DNA of 64,000 nucleotides, from assembly GCF_030028105.1 (NCBI RefSeq), contig NC_092398.1, forward strand, positions 24,877,649-24,941,648. Reading direction: 5' to 3'. Shown here piece after piece: positions 52,988 through 63,875 of the stretch (position 1 is the first letter of the stretch; the number at the start of each line of letters is the position of its first letter). The notes beneath the pieces were generated by a model. That model was not told the origin of the DNA, did not search any database, and was given only the letters and a program-made list of their open reading frames with translations. The position numbers were made by a program, and so were the translations under genes. The stretch comes from Mobula birostris (taxonomy: Eukaryota).

Positions 52988-53248
52988 GCTAAAATAACAT
53001 TCTAGTGAGCGGAGGCGAATCTGCACGTAAACGCATGTGCACTGGTGCCCGCGCAAGGCTTCATGGACATTGAAGTCTTTCTCGGGGTAAGCACAACGTA
53101 TTTGACTACTATTCTTGTCCGTTGGCAACCCTACTCCCCACAACCACCCGCGCCCCACTCACTCCCCCCCCCACCCACCCCGGCGGTCCGCAAAATTATT
53201 GTCAATATTAAACCGGTCCACGGTACAAAAAAAGTTTGGGGACCCCTG

Positions 53249-56200
53249 CATTCATCCCTACTCTTTTTTTCCTCTCTGCCAACCAATTTTCTATCCCTGT
53301 CAGTTCCCTACACTCAATAACATTTGCTCTAATTTTGCACACTAACCTCGAAGTGGCTTTCTTAAAGTCCAGGTACAGTACATCCACTGGCTTTCCCATG
53401 TCCATTTTTATAGTTACATTCTCAAAAAAAATCCAGAAGATTAGTCAAGCGTCATTTCCCTTTCGTAAATCCATGTTGACTCGGACCTATCCTGCCACTG
53501 CTATCCAAATATTCCGCTATTACATCTTTTATAATTAATTCCAGTATCTTCCCCACCACTGATGTCAGACTAACTGCTCTATAATTGCCTGCTTTCTCTC
53601 TCCCTCCTTTCTTAAAAAGTGGGATAACATTAGCTCCCCTCCAACCCGTAGGAACTGATCCTGAATCTATAGAACATTGGAAAATAATTACCAATGCGTC
53701 CAATGTAAAATTAAGTTACAATGTAAATTGAAAAGCGTGAGTACAGGACTGAAGGTGTCATATCTGAAAGCGTGCAGTACACTAGAATAAGGTCGATGAA
53801 GTTGTAGCACAGTTAGAGATCGGCAGGTATGATGTTGTAAACATCACGGAATCATGGCTGAAAGAAGATCATACCTGGGAGATTAATGTCCAACTGTACA
53901 CATTGTATAGAAAGGACAGGCAGAAAGCCAGAGGAGCCAGTATTCTTCTGTTGGTAAAAAATGTAATTTAATCATTAGAACTGGTTGACATAGGGTCGGC
54001 AAGTGTTGAATCATTGTGGATAGAGCTTAGAAACTGCAAGGGGTATAAAGAGCCTGATAGGAGTTATATACAGAAACCCCCAAAAGGATCAAATGGGGTA
54101 TAGAAAATGCATGCCAAAAGAGTAACCTTACAATAGTCATGGGGGATTTCAATATGTAGGTAGATTGGGTTGCTGAGGGATTACAAGGGGTAAATTCCAG
54201 AATGCCTGTGGGATGGTTTTTCAGAGCTGCTCGTGGTTGAGCCCACAGGGGGATCAGCTATTCTGGATTGGGTGTTGTGCAATGAACTGGAATTGATTAG
54301 AGAGCTTAAGGTAAAGGGACCTTGAGGGAAAGTGCTCTTAATATGATCGACTTCACCCTGAAATCTGAGAGGGAGAAGCTAGGATGACATAACCATGGCT
54401 AACAAGGGCAGTCAGAGCCAACATAAAAGCCAAAGAGAGGGCATATAATAGAGCAAAACGTAGAGGATTGAGAAGTGTTTTGAAACCAGCAGAAGGCAAC
54501 TAAATTGTCATTGAGGTAAAGATACAACATTAAGCTGGCCAATAATATTAAAGACGATACCGAAAGTTTCTTCAGATACCTGGAGTGTAAAGCAGAGGCG
54601 AGTAGATATTGGACTGCTGGAAAACAATGCTGGAGAGGTAGTAATGGGGGACAAAGAAATGAAAGGCGAACTGAGTAGGCATATTGCCTCGGTCTTCACT
54701 GTGAAGACACTAGCAGAAAGGTGTAAGTTCCTGGTATCTGGGGTCATGAAGCAACGTGAAGTTACCATTACTAGAGAGAAGGTTCTTGGGAAAATGGAAG
54801 GTCTGAAGTTAGAGAAGTCACCTGGACCAGATGGTGTACACCCCAGGGTTCTGAAAGAGGTCGTTGAAGAGATCGTGGAGGCATGAGTAATGATCTTTCA
54901 AGAATCTCTGGATTCTAGAACGGTTCTGGAAGACTGGAAAATTGCAAATGTCTCTCCAGTCTTCAACAGGGGAGGGAGAAGAAGAAGGAAAATTATCGGA
55001 CAGTATGCCTGTCCTCAATAGTTGGGAAGACATGGGAGTCGATTGTTAAGAATGTGGTTTCAGGGTACTAGGAGGCACATGATAAAACAAGCTATAGTCA
55101 TCATGGTTCCCTCTGAGGAAAATCTTGCCTGACAAATCTGTTAGATTTCTTTGAAGAAATAACAAGCAAAAGAGACAAAGGAGAATCTATTGATGTTGTG
55201 TACTTGGGTTTTCAGAAGGCCATTGACAAGGTGCCACACGTGAGGCTGCTTGGTAAGCTACGAGCTCATGGTATTACAGGAAAGAATCTAGCATGGATAA
55301 AGCAGTGGCTGACTGGCAGGAGGCAAAGACTAGGAATAAAGGGGGCTTTTCTGGTGGCTGCCGGTGATTACTGGTGTTCCACGGGGTCTGTGTTAGGACC
55401 GATTCTTCTTACATTATATGTTAATGGTTTGGATGATGGATTTAATGGCTTTGTTGCAACATTGCAGACGATACGCAGATAGGTGGAGGGGCAGATAGTT
55501 TTGCAGAACTAGAGAGGCTACAGAAGTACTTAGACAGAATAGGAGAATGGACAAAGAAGAGTCAGGTGGAATACTGTGTCGGCAAGTACTTGGTCATATA
55601 CTTCGATAGAAGAAGTGAAAGGGTTGACCCTTTTCTAAGTGGAGAGAAAATACAAAACCTGAGGCACAAGTGGACTTGGGAGTCCTTGTGCTGGATTCTC
55701 TGAAGCTCAATTTGCAGGTTGAGTCTGTGGTGAGGAAGTCAAATGCAATATTAGAATTAATTTCAAGAGGACTAGTATATAAAAGCAAGGATGTAATACT
55801 GAGACTTTATAAGACACTGGTAAGGCTTCACTTTGAGTATTGCGAGCAGCTTGGTACCCGTTATCTTAGAAAGGATGTGCTGAAATTGGAGAAGGTTCAA
55901 AGGAGCTTCACGAAAATGATTCCAGAAATAAACATCTTATCATATGGAGAGTGTGTGATGGTATTAGGCTTGTATTCACTGAAATTCAGCATAATGAGGG
56001 GTGACATCATTGAAACCTATCAAATGGTTAAAGGCTTTGATAGAGTGGATGTGGAGAGAATGAGTCCTATGGTGGGAAAGTCTAAGACAAGAGGGAATAG
56101 CCTCAGAATAGAGGGGCATCCTTTTAGGACATAGGTAAGGAGGAATTTCTTTAGCCAGTTTGCGGTGAATCGGTGGATTTCTTTGCAATAGGCGACTGCG

Positions 56201-56375
56201 GAGGCCAAATCTTTATACATATTAAAGGTAAAGGTTGAAAGTTTCTTGATTGGTCAGCGCATGAAGGGATACGGGGAGAAGGCAGGAGACTGGGACTGAG
56301 AGGAAAAATACATCAGTCATGATAAAATGGCAGGGCAGACTCAACGGGTCAAATGGCCTAATTGTGCTCCTATAT
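53249..56375. mobile_element. CR1 remnants in unit 3: minus RT fragment (about 53249-53700) and a more complete plus CR1 (about 53740-56375)
   Basis: EN, linker (KSPGPDGVHPRVLKEV), RT and C-terminal segments in order, with many stops and frameshifts. Confidence 0.88.
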
Positions 56376-56870
56376 TTAGTGGTTTTGTCGTCAATGATTT
56401 GCAGAAGCGTTGATAAACTCGAACAGTACCATCGGCTTCAGAGGACGATGGAGACAGGCATTTATCGATGGCCTATGCCCAAGTGAGTATGTAAGGTGAG
56501 TGAGTAAGGGTGTCAAAGGTGACAGGGAGAAAGTAGGAAAATGGAGTAGATGGGGGCATCAAATCAACCATGATGGGGTGATGGAGCTGGCTCGATGGGC
56601 TGAATGGCCTAAACCTGCTCCTCGGTCTTATTCTCACTGAGCAAAAACAGCTTCGTCCCTTCCTTCAGTTTTTTTTGGAACCCAACCTTGTTATTCTATT
56701 TTTATCACTTCTTAGTTATTTTGGACATTTATAGTAATCTTTTTATGTCTTTGCCCCGACCTTCACGTCACAGAAGTCAGTGATGATAAATCTGATTTGA
56801 GAATAGTGCAGAGACGGTTTGCCAGCTTAATCCACATTGATGAAGCTCTGTAAGCCTCTCAGCCACTTAC

Positions 56871-56984
56871 CCTTTGACGTGCAGCAGTACAAGATTCCAG
56901 TCACCACCATTGCGCACAGCCCGAGTATCCCCAGGACAGCTCCAACAATCATCAAAGCTTCATTCTCCACCAGTGCGTTGTGTT
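56871..56984 (-). pseudogene. TM exon of MHC class I-like remnant (copy 3), canonical splice sites
   Basis: ctcctcag|AA ... AAG G|gtaagt; (E)HNALVENEALMIVGAVLGILGLCAMVVTGILYCCTSKG, open. Confidence 0.85.
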
Positions 56985-57758
56985 CTGAGGAGAAAACGTT
57001 GGAGGTTCTGTCGTTGTGTTAAGTCATGTTTCATATCATATCATTAAGTTCAAAGTTAATTTATTATCAGAGTACTGACGTATATGTCAACCTATGCAAC
57101 TCTGAGGTTCAATTTCCTGTGGGCATACTCGGCAAGTCTATAGAGTAGTAACTAGAACGGGATCAATGAACGATCAACTTGACTGCAGAAGACAACAAAC
57201 TGTGCCACTGTGCTGTGCAATAAATAAATAGCATCAAATAACCAGAAACTGAGATAAAGAGTCCTTAAAGAGAGATCATTGGTTGTAGGAGCATCTTAAT
57301 GGATGGACAAGTGAGTGTAACCAAGAGCCCGATGGCTGAGGGGTAGTAACTGATTCTGAACCTAGATGTGATCAATGGTTGGGAGGGCTTCACCCGTGAT
57401 GTACTGGACCAAATCCAGTATCTTTTGTAGGATTTTCCACTCAAAGGCATTGGTGTTTCCATACCAGTCTGTAATGCAGCCAGTCAATTCACATCTAGAA
57501 AAGTTTGTCAAAGTTTCAGTGTCCGGTCAAATCTCCAGTGACTCCTAAGGAAGTAGGGACAAGTCTACTTCCTTAAGAGGTGACTTGTTGTGAGCAGCTC
57601 CCATGCGAATCATCAAATATTCCCATTGTTCAGGACTAAAACAGCTGAAATACGTGGTCACAGCTATGAATACTTCAGTAAATAACACATTTCACAACGT
57701 ATCCCAAAGATATTAAACCTGATTCTGTTTTGTAAAGGCATGTTCAATGTACGAGGAG

Positions 57759-60459
57759 CAGGGGCAGCGCTAAGGTGGTGCTAGCTGGGGCTATAGCACC
57801 AGCAGAAATTGTAATAGCTCCACCATAGCACCACCAAGAAATTAACTGCAGTTGCTTTGCTTTCTCTGTATCGTTTTTAAAACAGCTTGTTTCCCCAGTT
57901 GATTTGGTGAAACAGCACCCCCAATTACCGTAGCAACCACGCAGCAATAAAGTTATAAACTCTCTCAGATCCACTCTACACTTCTGCTTATTCGTTCGTT
58001 GTCAATGTCTTGCCGTTGCGTTCCTCAGATCAGTTAAGCTGATCTAAGGTCACTTAAGCTTGTGACGTCACTCACTCTCACTCACGCGAGAGATTGATAG
58101 TATACATCCAGGCCCAGATCCGTGGCCTCGCGAGACTAACAGATGCCACACGCGCACACTGTGCTTTTACAAGCGAGCGTGGGCCTGGCACGTGCATTAT
58201 TTTGACCGGCGTGAAAAATTGATCGATTTTTAATCAGAAAACGACCTCATCCAGACGAATCAGTGGTGTCTCTGCCTGAGCATGTCTTAATTGAAAGTGA
58301 CATGCAGAAAGAAGTAAGTGGGGATGAGGACGACAGCAGTACATCGAAGGAGTGTGTGGGCGAAGTAGAGGAACAAGAAATGGAGCGGGATTCGGGAGAG
58401 AACGTGGATGAAGCTGCTCTTAGTGCGAGTGGAAATACTGTTAGCGATGTTAGCCAGCAGCCTGAAGAAAGACCCCGTCGCCCAGCATTGAAAAAGTGCC
58501 CTTCGCAACAGCTTGGCAATCACAAAGGAGTATTCGTAGCTGATTTGTCCTGTACTCCTTGCTGGAATACTCAGTCACAAAAGATGCTACATTCTGCTTC
58601 GCATGCAGACATTTCCTGTGTGGAGAACCTGGGTTCTATTCTGAGTCTACCTTCACTGTCACAGATTACCGCAACTGGCGGAAAGCTACAACAGCTTTCA
58701 AAACCCACCACCAAAGTGCAGCTAACAACAGGAATTCTGCAGATGCTGGAAATTCAAGCAACACACATCAAAGTTGCTGGTGAACGCAGCAGGCCAGGCA
58801 GCATCTGTAGGAAGAGGTGCAGTCGACGTTTCAGGCCGAGACCCTTCGTCAGGACAGAAGGGTTGGACGCAGAGTCGCTTCTTAAAGGCATTGAACAGAC
58901 GCTCGCCCAGTGTGTTATTGATAAGAACGCGTGTATAGATCAGTGTTATGACGGGATGGCAGTGATGTCCGGGTGCAATAACGGGGTACAAGAGAGGCAT
59001 TATACATACACTGCCATGCTCACAGACTTAGCCTTGTTTTAGTGGATGTTGTGAGCAATGTACCAGAAGCGGGTGAGTTTTTTTGAAACTGTGCAGCTGC
59101 TTTGCAACTTCTTTTCAAACTCTGTTGCCCACGATCTTTTCATGAAGAAACACAGAGAATTGGAATCAGCTGCACAGCCCGTGGACTTGAAGAAATTGCC
59201 AGATACCCACTGGGCATGGCGGTATACAGCTTTGTGGGCTATAAGGATATCACTCTCTGCCATTCTAGCTACTCTACAGGATATTATGGGTCAACCAAAT
59301 GCACGGAGGAAAACGGAGGCCAGAGGTTTAAATGGACTGATTGACGCGCAGTTTGCTTTACTTCTCACTCTGTTTGAGGATTTATTCGGAGTCAAAAGTT
59401 CATGTCAGACCAGCTACAATCTCCCACTTTGGAGCTTTCATCCGCTGTGGACTTGGCTCATCCTGTTATCGATGCACTCTCAGTAAAACAGGGAGAGGAA
59501 TCATGGAGTGAAATTCAGACAAGAGCTGGGGACCTATGCGTCAAGGCCGGTATACAGAGCAGAGCACATGAAAGGAGACGGGACCAGCCACCCCGCCGCC
59601 TACATCATTTTGTTGTTGAGGCCCGAACTGAACGCACAGCTGTCACATCCTACGATGACCTCCGCAGCCACAGTTTCTATCCAGTTATAGACAGACTTCT
59701 GACTGAAATGGAAAGACGGTTCTCAATTGAGACTAGGGGTGTTCTGACTGGAGTCTTGGCATTAACTCCCAAACATAAGATCTTCCTAGACAAGAATTGT
59801 CTTTGGCCAATGGCCCAATACTATGGAGTGACTGAAGTGAACCCGACTGCAGAGGTACATCAGGTTCGGCGTCTGTTGGAAACAAAACAAAAGGAAGGAC
59901 AGACAATGAATGACACAGAGGAATTTCTAGCTCTAATGAGACCCGACGGCGTTGCATCTATACATTTATACAAACTAATCTGCATATCACTGACTCTGCC
60001 TGTTACATCTGCCTCATGCGAACGGAGTTTATTTTGCCTCAGACGCGTCGAAAACTACTTAAGGAACAACAGCGGCGATGCTCGGAACAGCAACTTGGCT
60101 CTGTTGGCCATAAACAGCCGGAGGCCCAAAGCACGTGACATCCAGAAAATCATTGATGCTTTCGCCACAATCACAACAAAAGACGGATTTTGCTTGTTTA
60201 CACTCCGTGTAGCCCAGGTTGTCCTCGATGCCGTGTGACACTGTAACAGTTCACTTCTATATTAGATCTATCAATTGATTTTGCTTGTGAATCAATAGAG
60301 GCTTTTACAGTAGGCACATAATGCTTGAAACTGACTTTTTAACGCCACGCGTCTGGCCTTGCGAATACATATTACCATACAGTGCATCCTTCAGCACCAT
60401 TACTGAATCATTCAGCCCCTCCGTAGCAAAAGCAAGAAAAAATCTCTTTGCCGTCACTG
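57759..60459 (+). mobile_element. hAT Tip100-type transposon (copy 3), retains N-terminus and TTF-type zinc finger
   Basis: TSD ACGAGGAG at 57751-57758 and 60460-60467; WLEYS-like LEYSVTKDATFCFACRHF; central region replaced by a Penelope fragment. Confidence 0.93.
58724..58855 (-). mobile_element. 132-bp Penelope-like terminal fragment containing a minimal hammerhead ribozyme motif (58822-58855)
   Basis: Minus strand GUC-CUGACGA-A-GGG ucucgg CCU-GAAA-C-GUC-GAC, followed by the ccagcatctgcagaattcctgttgtt end. Absent from copies 1 and 2. Confidence 0.75.
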
Positions 60460-60577
60460 ACGAGGAGCATTTGATGGGTCTGGGCCTGTACTCACTGGAG
60501 ATTTGAAGAATGAAGGGAGATCCTATGAAATATTAGAACTCCTAGATAGAGTGCACAAGGAGAGGATGTTTCCTATA

Positions 60578-61740
60578 CCTGGGCCTTCGCACACAGAACT
60601 GCAGCTGGATTTTCAACTTCCTCACAGACAGAACCCAGGCTGTAAAAATAGAGGACAAGATCTCCTCTACAACCACTCTGAGCACCGGTGCCCCACAAGC
60701 CTGTGTACTCAGCACCCTGCTGTACTCACTCTACACCCATGATTCTATAGCCAAGTTTCCATCAAACTCAATAGATAAGTTTGCTGATGACACAACAATT
60801 GTAGGCCGTATCTCGGTTAATGATGAGTTTGAATACAGAGAGGAAATTAAGAACCTGGTGGCATGGTGCGAAGACAATAACCTATCCCTCTACGGCAGCA
60901 AGACGAAAGAATTAGTTGTTGAATTCGGAAGGAGTAGCGGACTGCACGACCCAATTTCCATCGGTGCTGCGCAAGTGGAACAGGTCAAAAGCTTTAAGTT
61001 CCTCGGGGTCAATATCACAAATAACCTGACTTGGTCCAACCAAGCAGAGTTCACTGGCAAGAAGGCCCACCAGTGCTTTACTTCCTGAGAAAACTAAAGA
61101 AATTTGGACTGTCTCCTAAAGCCCTCACTAATTTTTGTAGATGCACCGTAGAAAGCATTCTTCTAGGGTGCATCACAACCTGGTACGGAAGTTGTCCTGT
61201 CCAAGACCGGAAGAAGCTGCAGAAGATCGTGAACACGCCGCAACGCATCACACAAACCAATCTTCCATCCTTGGACTCACTTTACACCGCACGCTGTCAG
61301 AGCAGTGCTGCCAGGATAACAAAGGACACGACCCACCCAGCCAACACATTTTTTTCGTCCTCTTCCTTCCGGGAGAATGTTCAGGAGCTTGAAGACTCGT
61401 AAGGCCAGATTTGGGAACAGCTTCTTCCCAACTGTGATAAGACTGCTGAACAGATCCTGACCCGGATCTGGGCCGTACCCTCCAAATATCCGGACCTGCT
61501 TCTCAATTTTTTTGCACTACCTTACTTCCCATTTTTGTATTTTCTATTTATGATTTATAATTTATTTTTTTAATATTTACTCATTTTACCTAGTTTTACT
61601 ATTTTAAATATTTAATATTTGCGATCCACGGAGTGTGAAGCGCAGAATCAAATATCGCTGTGATGATTTTACGTTCTAGTACCAATTGTTTGGCGACAAA
61701 AAAGTATAAAGTATAAGTGTAAGCATAAGTGTAAGTATAG
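60578..61740 (+). mobile_element. Rex1/Babar LINE (copy 3)
   Basis: Paralog of 9751-10915. Confidence 0.88.
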
Positions 61741-61858
61741 GAGGGGAGTCCAGGACAAGAGAGCACTGCCTTATAATAAAAAGGTGTCCATTTAAAACAG
61801 AGATGAGGAGGAATTTCTTTAGCCGGAGGGTGGTGAATGTGCAGAATTTGTTGAGTTC

Positions 61859-62100
61859 TGTTCATTTGGGCTATGTAATTATTTAAGACGCATGCACACT
61901 CTCCCAGTTATATGCGTGCACGCGGAAGGAGGAAGAGGAACTGTAGGATGTAAATGTGGCGGCCTTGGGTATTGAACGGAGGCATACAAAGTAAAGTGGT
62001 TTAAACAAAAGGAAAATGTGTCTTTGCCGTTTGGCCGTTATCAGTGGTAGTGGAGGACGGTTACGATCTATCGACCTCTGGGATATGGGCCCTGCGCACT
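61859..62100. mobile_element. LTR-like 61859-62043 plus antisense tRNA-iMet-derived sequence 62045-62100 (copy 3)
   Basis: Paralog of 11034-11276. Confidence 0.6.
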
Positions 62101-62462
62101 ACTGCGTATGTTTGAAGCAGAGGTCGATAGGTTCTTGATTGGAAATAACATCAAAGGTTACGGGGAGAAGTCAGGAGACTGGGGTTGAGAGAGACAATGA
62201 ATCTGTCACGATGGAATCCCAGAGTAGACTTGATGAGCCAAATGGCCCAATTCTGCTCTTAGGGCTTATGGTTTTATGGTATCTAAGCTGTCTGACTTGA
62301 TTCTCACAATTGACAGCAGAGAGGATGAGAGAGGTCTTGAGCAGTTGGGACTTGCTTCTGGGCAGAAACGGGCCACGATGGATTCTCTGTCATTTGACAT
62401 CAGTGAAAATACTGTGGTGTTGACGGGGTCAGGCGACATTTCTCCAACTTGCCCGTTCTTAC

Positions 62463-62731
62463 CTAGAGGTATCATGAGCTTCCCACTGACAGCCTCGTGT
62501 TCCATCTGACAGACGTACCCCTGGCTGTCTCCATCTAGGGGGCGGACACTCCTAACTTGAAAGGTCCCATTGCTTTGAGGGACAACGTTGGTCGTGTCTG
62601 ATCCATTGTCAGTGACTTCCCCGTTTCTGACCCAGTGAACTTTAATGTCCCGGGGAAGAAGTTCTTGGCCGTGCACACCAGATACATTTGGCCCCGTTTC
62701 TTCTGTGTGAAGGCTCTGGTACGGGTAGGAG
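62463..62731 (-). pseudogene. C1-set exon, MHC class I alpha-3-like (copy 3), single -1 frameshift only
   Basis: Restoring one C gives (A)PTRTRAFTQKKRGQMYLVCTAKNFFPRDIKVHWVRNGEVTDNGSDTTNVVPQSNGTFQVRSVRPLDGDSQGYVCQMEHEAVSGKLMIPL with both Cys and the Trp; AG/GT intact. Confidence 0.88.
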
Positions 62732-63584
62732 CTGTGAAGGAATTGGAGAACAGTGTATGGGTTCAAAGTAGCTCAGCTCTCTTGTGACTGGACGGTATGG
62801 ACAGAACTTCACCCTGTGTCTGACCCCGCGAGTATGTGATAGCACAGTGTACAGGGGGCTTCACTCTGTGTCTGACCTAAGGAGTGGTAGATTGTGAGAT
62901 CAAGAGTCCATTTTATCATACGACAGAACCACTTAATACTTTTATAACAGCGGGGAGAAGCTGTCCTTAAGCCTGCTGGGATGTTCTTTCATGTTTTTGT
63001 ATCTTCTGCCCGATGGGAGAGGGGAGAAGTGGGAATCTCTAGAGGTGGGTGGGATCTCTCATCATTCTGGCTGCTGTACGCAGGCAGCGAGATGTCTATT
63101 GAGGGGAAGCTGCTTTCCGTGATGTGCTGAGATGTGTCCATGACTCTCCGCTGTCTCTTGTGGTCACGGGCAGAGCAGTTGCCGCACTGAGCGTCGATGG
63201 ATCTGGAGAGCGAGCAGGGGGCACGTTCTGACCGGCTGATATGCGATACTGCCGGAAACTCTGCACCTCTGGCCCGTACCACTGAACGGACCGAGCGTGG
63301 GTGGCACCTCACACATACACAGACAAGCAAATATTAAACTCCACCCTTCAAAGCCGCCAAGATCTTATATAAGACAATAGAATTTAAATAATTCATTTCT
63401 TGTTATACCTTTCTATGTGCAAACAAACCTTATTCATACGTTCTTTGTAGAAATAGAAGTACGTGAATTATATACGTCATCACGCGATCACATGATACGT
63501 GCGGGCCTCGCTTGAAGTTAGTCCACATCCTTTTGAATTAGTTTAATTAGTTGAGATACAAAGTATAACATCTCAGTCTCCCTC

Positions 63585-63875
63585 TCTTCCTCCCCTACCC
63601 TCTCCGCCTCCTCCCCTCCCCTCCCTCTCTCTCATCCCCCTCTCCTCCTCTCTCCTCTCCCCTCTCCCCTCTCCCCCTCCCCTTCCCCTCTCCCTCTCCC
63701 TGCCCTTGCTCTCTCTGTCTCCCCTCTCCCCTCTCCCCCTCCCCTTCCCCTCTCCCTCTCCCTGCCCTTGCTCTCTCTGTCTACCCGCTCTCCCTTTCCA
63801 CCACCTTGCTCTCTACCCTCTCACTCACTCTCTCTCGCTCCCCTCCTCACTTTCTCTCTCCTCCGTCTCTCCTTC
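63585..63875. repeat. Polypyrimidine (C/T) low-complexity tract with an internal 62-bp direct repeat
   Basis: About 290 bp almost entirely C/T; 63659-63720 is repeated at 63721-63782. Confidence 0.9.

Larger units (their letters stand above)
45895..62870. repeat. Older paralogous unit of 19821-38120, lacking the 25235-27900 CR1
   Basis: Collinear, about 5% substitutions in the stretches counted, with reciprocal indels. Homology stops near 62868-62873 (equivalent to 12045-12050). Confidence 0.93.

Noticed and set aside
63160-63310. Weak alpha-2-like phrase (GATHARSVQWYGPEVQSFRQY) upstream of the copy-3 C1 exon
   Set aside because: It lacks the conserved Cys pair and the DG-x-DF motif, and the frame runs into a Rex1/L2 remnant. 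Likely chance; an HMM search would settle it.
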